This document shows, piece after piece, positions 1-7,750 of a stretch of 12,530 bases of DNA. Source of the DNA: a virus; UHGV virus genome UHGV-1654121; one strand, 5' to 3'. Every line of letters starts with the position of its first letter. Positions within the stretch are counted from its first letter, which is position 1. The position numbers and the translations under genes were made by a program. The notes under the pieces are model-generated. The model saw only the letters and a program-made list of their open reading frames with translations, was not told the DNA's origin and did not search any database.

Positions 1-136
1 ATTAATAGACAACTATCTAAAAAACAACTCATTTAAGAACTTAAAACTAAGTTGTATTTGATATATAAGTATTCCGTATTGATACAATAGGTAGTAGTAT
101 TGCAAGGCATTTACGTGTTCAGTTGGATGATATGAA
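1..136 (+). promoter_or_regulatory. AT-rich leader upstream of the first ORF; candidate promoter region with no confidently assigned -35/-10 boxes
   Basis: Strongly AT-rich stretch (e.g. ttgatatataagtattccgtattgatacaatag) immediately upstream of the ORF starting at 137; TTGATA-like and TATAAG-like hexamers are present but spacing is ambiguous. Confidence 0.2.
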
Positions 137-349
137 ATGAAAAAAATAACTTCTAATTTGATCGCCCTTGAGGTCGGACATACGGTTTCAATTGACGATG
201 ATGGGGCAGCAGCCATACTCACTGAACTGCCAACAAAGTCTTTGTTACTTGACATGAAAGACGCAACCGCATACATCTTTGAGCTAAAGGGCAAGTGCTT
301 CACTCTCATCAATACCGGCTGCGGTTCAGTAGCCGTCCGCACTATTTAA
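137..349 (+). CDS. Small hypothetical protein (70 aa)
   Basis: Complete ORF with ATG start at 137; weak GGA-type purine stretch 6-12 nt upstream; mixed charged/hydrophobic composition; same orientation as downstream genes. No recognisable motif. Confidence 0.35.
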   Translation: MKKITSNLIALEVGHTVSIDDDGAAAILTELPTKSLLLDMKDATAYIFELKGKCFTLINTGCGSVAVRTI

Positions 350-375
350 CACCCCCCTCCCATCCTCTCTAGCGC

Positions 376-408
376 CTGTACGAACAGATTAGATGCCTGT
401 TCGTACAG
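376..408 (+). promoter_or_regulatory. Perfect 12-bp inverted repeat (ctgtacgaacag N9 ctgttcgtacag) preceded by a 21-nt polypyrimidine tract; stem-loop or operator candidate
   Basis: Read directly: 376-387 ctgtacgaacag is the exact reverse complement of 397-408 ctgttcgtacag, with a 9-nt loop; 350-370 is C/T only (cacccccctcccatcctctct). No T-run follows, so it is not a canonical intrinsic terminator. Confidence 0.4.
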
Positions 409-461
409 TGATAAATTACGCACATCAGAAAACAAATTGTTTTAACAACAAGGAAATTCTA

Positions 462-2690
462 ATGTCCAAAAAAACCACCAAAGCTGTACTGAAAGAGGTG
501 CAGGATTTTCGCGACTGTGTAAAACGAGTTGTAGCGATGCTTTCAGGTAAACAGATACCTGTTGCAGAACGAGGCAATGAAGCATATGTCCGCTATAACC
601 GGCGCGGCGAACCAGTGCTGGTAAACATCCCATCTATACCGGACGACGCGTCGCCAACCCTCATGAACGTAGTGCGTGGTTTTCTCGACCATGAGGTGGC
701 CCATATTCTCTTTACTGAACCGAAAGTCGCAATGCAGATGCGCGAAAGAGGAAAGGCTCCGTCTACGGGGCTTTGGAATGCGCTGGAAGACGTTTTTATT
801 GAACGCAGAATGGGGCAGGTCTTTAACGGAACCCGGCGTAATTTACTTGCAACACAGAGTCTGGTTATCGACAAATACTTCAGGAATAAAGTACCAGAAG
901 CGGTTTTAGCCTGTCACGGAGACCAGCGTGAATTGTTTTTGAAATTCTTCCTTTGCCCGGTCGTCCGCGCCTGGGATGGACAAAGCCCCTTCATCGATTT
1001 TATGGAAGAACACTGGCGCCTTATCGAGAGGCCGGTAGCCTTACTAAAGGAGCATGGTATAGACGTGGCCGTTCGCAATATGTCGAACACTGAGGATTGC
1101 GTGAAGGTCGCTGCTGCTATAGCCCAAATCATGCAGGATATGAAAGACAAGCCAGAGGGCAAATTACCAGAACTTAAATCATCTGCCAGAAAGCCGTCGG
1201 AGAGCAAAGACGAGTCCGAGGAAACGCCAGAATCAGGTGACGAGCCGTCTCATGGTGACTCTGCATCTAAGCCTGCCAAAGGCGAAGGCGATGACAAGGA
1301 AGAACGAGAAGATGATGCATCAGAAGAGGAAGATTCTGGGGATTCCGATTTGCCTGATTCGTTAGATAAGGACTTACCTACACACGTTAAAGATATTAGT
1401 GATACAGAAAGTAAATATACAGAAGCAGGCCACGAAGAGTCAGGAGACACCCCAGAATCCGATGCTATCGGCATGAAATCAAGTGACTCTGACACCGATG
1501 GTGATGACGGTGAGGACTCCGATACTGATCGTGGGGAAACTGAAGAAGACGTCGAAGGCAAAAAAAATAAAGATGGTGCGGAAGTGCCCAAAGACAGTGA
1601 GTCTGGCTTTGTTCCTGCGCCGGATGAAATGACTCTGGAGGAGGCGCTAAAGGCGCTCGACGAGATGGAAGACGGAATCGGTGAAATGACCGAAGACGCA
1701 CTGTCGGCCACCATCAGCAAAGAGCTTATGAGCGTCTCACCTTCTGATTATCGGCCATACGATCGATCATACGACTTTATCGGGTTGATTGATGGAGCCG
1801 AAGAGCATGTGAAGCGCACCAGAAAGACGTTCGGTGCAATACCAATGCACTCACCAGTCGACCGCTACCGTATGGTGCCAGAAGGCAGAAAACTCTTTGA
1901 ACTGAAAATCGAAAAACATCTGTCTGCAGGCGTTTCTTCGACGCTGGCCAAAGACCTGGAGCGGGCCATCGCCAGCCGCAACCGAGTTCAGTTTATACCT
2001 GGTCAGAGGCGTGGGCGGATACATGGCGCGAGCCTGTATCGTCTGGCAATGAACGACGACCGAGTGTTCCGCAAGAAGGAAGACCATAGAGCGGTGAACG
2101 CGTGTGTCCAGCAGGTCATCGACTTGTCCGGCTCAATGGATGGCGTGAAGATTCAACTGGCCCTAGCCAGTGCCTATACCATTGCGGATGCTTTAGATCG
2201 TATCAATGTCCCCAACATCATCACCGGCTTTACCACGTTCGGTAGCCCAGATTATGAAACCAGGTCGAAGCGCGGGTTTACACGCTTCGAGGCGCTCATG
2301 CTGCCCATTATCAAAAACTGGAATGAGAAAGCAAACTCTCCAGAGATCCGTGCTCGCATGGGATGCGTATGTGAGACGTTCCCCCTGCTCAATAACGTCG
2401 ATGGTGAGAGTGTCGCGCAACTGGCTACCCTGTTTGCAGGGCGAATGGAGGACAAAAAGATCATGCTGGTTATGAGTGATGGGGAGCCATGTGCTACAGG
2501 TAGTGGATTCCATCAGCATTTACGAACCGTCACCAAAGAAATTGAGACCTTGAGCGACATCGAACTGATGGCTATCGGCATTCTGACCGACGAACCACGG
2601 CGTTACTACAAAAATTACGCACTGGTTAACAGTGTTGAAGAGTTAGGGCCGTCAGTCGTCACTGAGTTATCTCGTATCATTCTTGGGTAA
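462..2690 (+). CDS. CobT-like vWA-domain protein (partner of a MoxR/CobS-type AAA+ ATPase), with HExxH motif and long acidic low-complexity segment
   Basis: Start set at ATG 462 (in frame with track ORF 393..2690) because AAGGAA at 450-455 lies 6 nt upstream and the 393 ATG is buried in the 376-408 hairpin. HEVAH encoded at 690-704; D/E/S-rich low-complexity segment about 1150-1700; MIDAS-like DLSGSMDG encoded around 2121-2135 followed by vWA-like sequence (ITGFTTFG...MSDGEP). Confidence 0.75.
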   Translation: MSKKTTKAVLKEVQDFRDCVKRVVAMLSGKQIPVAERGNEAYVRYNRRGEPVLVNIPSIPDDASPTLMNVVRGFLDHEVAHILFTEPKVAMQMRERGKAPSTGLWNALEDVFIERRMGQVFNGTRRNLLATQSLVIDKYFRNKVPEAVLACHGDQRELFLKFFLCPVVRAWDGQSPFIDFMEEHWRLIERPVALLKEHGIDVAVRNMSNTEDCVKVAAAIAQIMQDMKDKPEGKLPELKSSARKPSESKDESEETPESGDEPSHGDSASKPAKGEGDDKEEREDDASEEEDSGDSDLPDSLDKDLPTHVKDISDTESKYTEAGHEESGDTPESDAIGMKSSDSDTDGDDGEDSDTDRGETEEDVEGKKNKDGAEVPKDSESGFVPAPDEMTLEEALKALDEMEDGIGEMTEDALSATISKELMSVSPSDYRPYDRSYDFIGLIDGAEEHVKRTRKTFGAIPMHSPVDRYRMVPEGRKLFELKIEKHLSAGVSSTLAKDLERAIASRNRVQFIPGQRRGRIHGASLYRLAMNDDRVFRKKEDHRAVNACVQQVIDLSGSMDGVKIQLALASAYTIADALDRINVPNIITGFTTFGSPDYETRSKRGFTRFEALMLPIIKNWNEKANSPEIRARMGCVCETFPLLNNVDGESVAQLATLFAGRMEDKKIMLVMSDGEPCATGSGFHQHLRTVTKEIETLSDIELMAIGILTDEPRRYYKNYALVNSVEELGPSVVTELSRIILG

Positions 2691-2785
2691 TAGCTTTACC
2701 CTTAAAAATAAGTAACTACTTACTATACAGCCTAATATATTTCTATAAGATATACCCCACAAACGACAAACAGTAAGGAAAAAAC
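2691..2785 (+). promoter_or_regulatory. AT-rich intergenic region between the vWA and AAA+ genes; possible internal promoter plus RBS
   Basis: 95-nt AT-rich spacer (ttactatacagcctaatatatttctataagatata) ending in AAGGA at 2775-2779, 6 nt before ATG 2786. No exact T4 late-promoter TATAAATA box found. Confidence 0.2.
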
Positions 2786-4021
2786 ATGACCGCTACTGCA
2801 CTACAGCAAGAAGAACATTTGCCGGAAGCCATCGTCTGCAAGTGGTGTGGCAAATCCTTTCATTACCTGAAATCCCATATCTCTATGGGCCGTTGCGAGA
2901 ATATTCCTGAGTCTGCGAAGGGTCTGGACGTGGACGAAGTGGTGAAGATGTACACCTCTGCGTTTCCAGATGAACCAACGATCTCTCGCACGGCACTGGC
3001 CAAACTCAATGAGAAGCGTGCCGAAAAAAATTCATGCGAAGGAAAGGTAGCGGAGATTAGCGCACATCCGGGCTACGCAGGAACGGTCGAATACAAGACC
3101 GAACTGGTGGCCGCGCACGAGCTGCTTGGCGTAACGATCAAAGAGCTGGGAACGCCACGCGGAAAGCCACTACAGGTGACAGTCAACGTCAACACGCCCT
3201 ATCCGGAGTTCGTACCGGAAGCGAAGAAAAACTATGTGTATGGCGACTTCGACCTGATCAAAGACATCTTTATGATGCTGGAAATCGGAATCCCGGGTTA
3301 TCTCTGGGGCCATGCAGGAACCGGTAAATCTTCTCTTCCTACGCAGCTATGTGCCCTGCTAAATCGACCACTGATCCGCGCCCAGCATACGGCATCTATG
3401 GAGGAAGCGCACGTTACAGGCCAGATCCTCGCTCGCGATGGTTCCACCTATTTCGAACCGGGTTTACTAGCGCTGGCGATGAAAAATGGTTGGGTTTACC
3501 TCGCTGATGAATATGACTTCGCGTTCCCGCAGATTCTGGGTGTGTATCAGCCAGTTCTTGAAGGAGAGCCGCTGATCATCAAAGAGGCAACTGCGGACTG
3601 GCGCCGCATCACCCCGCATAAACGCTTTGCCTTCATTGGCACTGGCAACACTAACGGCTCTGGCGACGAAACAGGTCTCTATCAAGGCACAAACATCCAG
3701 AACGCAGCGAACTTCTCGCGTTTTGGCATTGTTTCAAACGTGAAGTACATGAGTACGAAGGCAGAAGTCAACATGCTGGCTGAAGCAGGCGTCATCCGCG
3801 AATACGCCGAGAAGATGGTGAAGTTCGCGAATCTTATCCGTGAAGGTTATGAAAAGCATCAGATTAGCCAGCCAATCGGGCCTCGTGAGCTGCTGCTGTC
3901 CGCCAAAATCGGAATGATGCGCGGTGATTTCTCTGCCGGCATCGAAAAGTCGTTTATCAATAAACTTCCATCCACGTCTGCACAGGCAGCGCGTGAAGTG
4001 GTTCAGAAGATCTTTGGTTAA
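2786..4021 (+). CDS. CobS-like / MoxR-family AAA+ ATPase
   Basis: Walker A GHAGTGKS encoded at 3308-3331; downstream ...WVYLADEYDFAFPQ... consistent with a Walker B region; strong RBS; immediately downstream of the vWA partner, the usual pairing for MoxR/CobS-vWA systems. N-terminus carries a Cys/His cluster (CKWCGKSFHYLKSHISMGRC). Confidence 0.8.
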   Translation: MTATALQQEEHLPEAIVCKWCGKSFHYLKSHISMGRCENIPESAKGLDVDEVVKMYTSAFPDEPTISRTALAKLNEKRAEKNSCEGKVAEISAHPGYAGTVEYKTELVAAHELLGVTIKELGTPRGKPLQVTVNVNTPYPEFVPEAKKNYVYGDFDLIKDIFMMLEIGIPGYLWGHAGTGKSSLPTQLCALLNRPLIRAQHTASMEEAHVTGQILARDGSTYFEPGLLALAMKNGWVYLADEYDFAFPQILGVYQPVLEGEPLIIKEATADWRRITPHKRFAFIGTGNTNGSGDETGLYQGTNIQNAANFSRFGIVSNVKYMSTKAEVNMLAEAGVIREYAEKMVKFANLIREGYEKHQISQPIGPRELLLSAKIGMMRGDFSAGIEKSFINKLPSTSAQAAREVVQKIFG

Positions 4022-4023
4022 TC

Positions 4024-4227
4024 GTGCGTAAAGGATGTTTCGGCTCTCTTATCGCAGCGTCTGAAACTGGCAGTGCTTGTTTGGCATGTCCGGATAGCCC
4101 CGAGTGCCACCAGTCAGCCAAAGAGGTTGCGATTTCGATGTATGGGAAGTTCGTTGGCTTCCCCAATGACAAAATCAAGAAAACCAGAAAGGTAAAAGCA
4201 CATGAAGGCTCTGATGGTCAGAACTGA
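4024..4227 (+). CDS. Possible small Cys-rich protein (67 aa, GTG start); doubtful
   Basis: ORF begins with GTG 2 nt after the upstream stop and overlaps the polymerase start by 26 nt; contains CLACPDSPEC (CxxC...C). No convincing RBS for the GTG; internal ATG at 4138 has AAGAGG 11 nt upstream. Could equally be non-coding leader. Confidence 0.2.
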   Translation: MRKGCFGSLIAASETGSACLACPDSPECHQSAKEVAISMYGKFVGFPNDKIKKTRKVKAHEGSDGQN

Positions 4228-7200
4228 CTTCTCCCTGGGAGAGTCAGCTCTAAAAGCAGAAAACGCGATGAAAATCGCGAGAGACGCTGGCTACACCGCT
4301 GTCATTTCCGCTGACAGCATGAACATTGCCAGTGTGATCCCCCTGCAGCGTGCCGCTGGCGACGACATGGCGGTTATTTGTGGTGTTAAGCTGAATGTGG
4401 TCGACGATCCGACATACGAGCACCGCGCTCGCTTGGCGAAAGAGTCAGGAAGATGTATGGAATCATTAGTTCGTGATCGCAGCTACTGCTTCACGGCACT
4501 GATAAAGAATGAACAAGGTTATCGCGACGTGTGCGAACTGATGACCTTAGCGAACAAGCGCGAGCAATTCTACTTTGTCCCGCGTCTGGCGCTTGAGCAG
4601 CTGGCAGCCGCATATGCCAAAGGCAACATCATCCTGCTGACGTCCGACATTGGCAGTGTATTCCAGCGCCGGGACTTCGCAAAAATTATCGGGACGCTGG
4701 TCACAGCTGGCGGTCGCGATAACTTCTACAGCGTGGTTTATCCGCACCCTACCCCATTCTACGACCAGATTAACGTCCGGGCGATGAAAGTGGCGAGCGC
4801 ACTGAAAATAGAGCCAGTGGCGTTCTATCCCGCTTATTACGAAGCGATCGACGACGCTGACATTAAAGACATTGCGCACATGGTTACGAACAACATCAAA
4901 ATCGACCAGCCGCATCGTCTGCGCATCCCCCACCAGCGAGATAACGCTGTTAATGGTCGTCGCCATCTCCTTGAAGCGCTGAAAGCCTTCTCCGTTCGCA
5001 TGGGCGTACCGGTAACAGCTGCAATGGCCTCAACAACGCAGGACACCATTATTGAAGCCTGCACATGGCGCTGGCATGAACTGCCACCAGCACTGCCCAA
5101 GATGGCAGACGACGAGCCTGCAACGCTGATGAAGCTGGCTGTCGCGGGGCTACGCAAGCGTCTAACTACTAAAGAGTTTGGCTACACACCACCGGCTTCT
5201 GAGCACCGAGTGTATGTTGAGCGACTGAAGTACGAAATGGACACACTGACCCGTCTGGGCTTCTGTGGCTACTTCCTGATGGTACGCGATCTGATGAATC
5301 ACAGCCGTGAAACTGGCATTCCTGTCGGGCCAGGTCGTGGTTCCTCTGCCGGTTCTCTGGTGGCGTGGTGCATAGGCATAACCAACGTCGATCCTATCCG
5401 TCACGGTCTTCTGTTTGAGCGTTTCATCAACCCTGAACGTCTTGACTTACCGGATGCGGATCTGGACTTCAGCCAGGCACGTCGTCATGAGGTGATCGAG
5501 TATCTGAATGAACGCTATGGCGAAGATTACGTTGCCGGTATTCCAAACTTCACCTATCTGGGCGCCGCTTCTGCGCTGCGAGACACTGCGCGTATTTACG
5601 GTGTCGACGCTGCGGATATGGCGGTATCCAAAGAGTTCAAGAATCTGGAAGACGATAGCCTGTCTCTGGAAGAGCTGCGCGAGCAACTGGCCAGCCTGGA
5701 CAAATACGCCACGAAAAACCCGGAAGCGTTCAAAGCGGCGTGTAAGCTACAAAGCCTGATGCGTGGTTTTGGCCGTCATGCAGCGGGGATGATCGTCGCT
5801 GGCGTTCCACTGGTAGAGCGCACGCCCGTCGAGCTGCGTGGCAACGCTCGCTGTATTGCATTCGATAAACGTTACTGCGAGGCAATGGGGCTGATTAAGC
5901 TGGACGTTCTCGGTCTGGCAACGCTCGATCTGCTGGATAGCGCGAAACGCTACATCAAAGAGAGTACCGGGGAAGACATCAATCTCGATGCTATCCCACT
6001 GGACGATCGCAAAGTTCTGGATGGGTTCGCTGCAGGGTACACTCAGGGCGTATTCCAGCTGGAGTCCGGCCCCATGCGCAAGCTGCTTAAAGATCTGGGC
6101 GGTGGCATTGAGCCAATGAGCTTCAAAACCGTTGTCGCCACGACCGCACTCTTCCGACCTGGCCCGATTCAATCAGGCATGTTGGACGACTATGTCTCCG
6201 TGGCCAAAGGCTTCATGGCTCCACAGTCGCTGCACCCGGTACTGGACGAGCTTACCGCGGAAACCAACGGCGTGATTCTGTATCAGGAACAGACGATGAA
6301 CGCGACACGATTGCTGGCCGGCTTCACGATGGCCGAAGCAGATGGTGTGCGTAAAGCGATCGGTAAAAAGGATATGGAAAAGATGAAGAGCATGGGCGAG
6401 AAGTTCGTCGTTCAGGCTCAAGCTGGTTGGATCGACGTTGAGATGGAAGACGGCACAACGCAGCGTATTCACCGCGCGGAACACTTCAAATGTGAGGACG
6501 GCGCACTGCGGACGGTCGAAGAAGCGCTGGAGGCAGGTGTAAAATTGCCTATGGCTGCTGTACGCGTTACAGGGTCACAACCGGGCTTGTCTGAGACGAA
6601 AGCTAAGGAGATCTGGGATGCCTTCGAGAAGAACGGTGCGTATCAGTTCAACAAATCACACTCCGTTGCTTACTCGCTGATCAGCTATCAGTCTATGTGG
6701 TTAAAGACACATTACCCTGCTGAGTTCTTCGCTGCTGCGCTCACCATTCTGGGCGAGGATAAGCACCAGGGCTTAGTTAAAGATGCGCTGACCTATGGCA
6801 TTCGCGTATTGCCACCAGACGTTAACGTTTCATCTAACCGAATTGAGATCCGCACGCTGGAAGACGGCAGTCAGGTTCTGTATGCACCATTCTCTGCTGT
6901 GAAAGGCTGCTCTGAGAATGGTTGCCAGGCCATCATGAGAGCGCGTGAGAAAGTTGGCGGCAAATTCGAATCACTGGCGCAATTTGAGGAATCTGTCGAG
7001 AAGCGAGCATGTAACAGCCGGGTACGCGAGTCGCTGCAAAAAGTCGGTGCGTTCGCATCGATTGAGCCTGGCTGTCTGCCAGCGACAGATCCGGAACGGC
7101 TGCGCGACCAGGCAGAGTTGATGGGTAATCTGGTGATCGACGCTGTAAAAGCCTCTCGACCGTTCGAGATGAACCCTAAGCGCTCTGCTGAAGTAAATGT

Positions 7201-7720
7201 ACTGATGACGCGCATGGCGGCCGAAATGGGGCTGGGAGACAATCTAATCCGTCCAAGCATTGGTATTAAGCCAAAAATCATGGTTATTCTGGACAACGCG
7301 AACGGCAATGATGGGCGTACCGGCTACTTCATGGAGAACGGCTACGACGACTTTAAGGCGAAGTTGCTTACTGCCGGCGATCTGCGTATGGGCGATCTCT
7401 ACGTCACCGGCGTGTGCAAAAAGGTGAAGGACAAAGAGAAGGACTACACCAAAGACGAGATCGGTCAGTTCACCGACTTTATGCGTGAAGAGATCAATCT
7501 GGTGCGTCCGACCTATGTACTGACGTGTGGCAGCCGGGCGACGTCGCTCTTCAACAACAAGAGCAAACCATCCGACCTGGTTGGACGCAAAGAGTATCTG
7601 CCGGAGCTGGATGCGACCGTTTTCTACGGATTTAACCCGAATATCCTTTACTTCCGACCGGAAGAAGGAGAGCGACTGGAGGCCATTCTGACTGATATTG
7701 CGGAGACGATAAATAAGTAA
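4202..7720 (+). CDS. DnaE-type DNA polymerase (Pol III alpha-like catalytic subunit) with degenerate N-terminal PHP domain and atypical C-terminal domain
   Basis: Family-C polymerase signature blocks present: GPGRGSSAGSLVAWCIGIT..DP....LLFERFINPER, catalytic PDADLDF (Asp codons at 5453, 5459, 5465), AFDKRY, LYQEQTM, FNKSHSVAYSLISYQ..WLKTHYPAEF, then an HhH-like region. N-terminus (MVRTDFSLGES...AVISADS) lacks the His-x-His and TDH metal ligands of active PHP domains. The last roughly 150 aa (about 7259-7717) do not resemble the OB-fold/tau-binding tail. Confidence 0.9.
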   Translation: MKALMVRTDFSLGESALKAENAMKIARDAGYTAVISADSMNIASVIPLQRAAGDDMAVICGVKLNVVDDPTYEHRARLAKESGRCMESLVRDRSYCFTALIKNEQGYRDVCELMTLANKREQFYFVPRLALEQLAAAYAKGNIILLTSDIGSVFQRRDFAKIIGTLVTAGGRDNFYSVVYPHPTPFYDQINVRAMKVASALKIEPVAFYPAYYEAIDDADIKDIAHMVTNNIKIDQPHRLRIPHQRDNAVNGRRHLLEALKAFSVRMGVPVTAAMASTTQDTIIEACTWRWHELPPALPKMADDEPATLMKLAVAGLRKRLTTKEFGYTPPASEHRVYVERLKYEMDTLTRLGFCGYFLMVRDLMNHSRETGIPVGPGRGSSAGSLVAWCIGITNVDPIRHGLLFERFINPERLDLPDADLDFSQARRHEVIEYLNERYGEDYVAGIPNFTYLGAASALRDTARIYGVDAADMAVSKEFKNLEDDSLSLEELREQLASLDKYATKNPEAFKAACKLQSLMRGFGRHAAGMIVAGVPLVERTPVELRGNARCIAFDKRYCEAMGLIKLDVLGLATLDLLDSAKRYIKESTGEDINLDAIPLDDRKVLDGFAAGYTQGVFQLESGPMRKLLKDLGGGIEPMSFKTVVATTALFRPGPIQSGMLDDYVSVAKGFMAPQSLHPVLDELTAETNGVILYQEQTMNATRLLAGFTMAEADGVRKAIGKKDMEKMKSMGEKFVVQAQAGWIDVEMEDGTTQRIHRAEHFKCEDGALRTVEEALEAGVKLPMAAVRVTGSQPGLSETKAKEIWDAFEKNGAYQFNKSHSVAYSLISYQSMWLKTHYPAEFFAAALTILGEDKHQGLVKDALTYGIRVLPPDVNVSSNRIEIRTLEDGSQVLYAPFSAVKGCSENGCQAIMRAREKVGGKFESLAQFEESVEKRACNSRVRESLQKVGAFASIEPGCLPATDPERLRDQAELMGNLVIDAVKASRPFEMNPKRSAEVNVLMTRMAAEMGLGDNLIRPSIGIKPKIMVILDNANGNDGRTGYFMENGYDDFKAKLLTAGDLRMGDLYVTGVCKKVKDKEKDYTKDEIGQFTDFMREEINLVRPTYVLTCGSRATSLFNNKSKPSDLVGRKEYLPELDATVFYGFNPNILYFRPEEGERLEAILTDIAETINK

Positions 7721-7725
7721 TAAAG

Positions 7726-7750
7726 AAAAACCCGCCAAATGGCGGGTTTT
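7726..7750. terminator. Bidirectional rho-independent terminator between convergent genes
   Basis: aaaaa-CCCGCC-aaat-GGCGGG-tttt: 6-bp GC stem (7731-7736 / 7741-7746), 4-nt loop, A-tract upstream and T-tract downstream, placed 6 nt after the polymerase stop and overlapping the last codons of the convergent - strand gene. Confidence 0.7.

Noticed and set aside
376-408. LexA/SOS box interpretation of the CTGT...ACAG palindrome
   Set aside because: LexA boxes are CTGT-N8-ACAG (16 bp); here each 12-mer is CTGT-N4-ACAG and the two copies are reverse complements separated by 9 nt, so spacing does not fit.
393-461. Upstream ATG at 393 as start of the vWA protein (track ORF 393..2690)
   Set aside because: No SD upstream and the ATG lies inside the 376-408 hairpin; ATG 462 has AAGGAA with a 6-nt spacer. 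The N-terminal 23 residues are therefore probably not translated.
1250-1720. 156-aa Ser-rich ORF on the - strand
   Set aside because: Antisense to the acidic low-complexity segment of the vWA gene; composition (poly-Ser) is the mirror image of GA-rich codons, typical of a spurious antisense ORF.
4547-7308. Multiple - strand and alternate-frame ORFs (e.g. 4547..4966, 4837..5157, 5747..6172, 6173..6484, 6871..7308) inside the polymerase gene
   Set aside because: All are embedded in the 1172-aa DnaE-like ORF, which carries continuous family-C polymerase motifs; the nested ORFs lack RBSs and have antisense-like composition.
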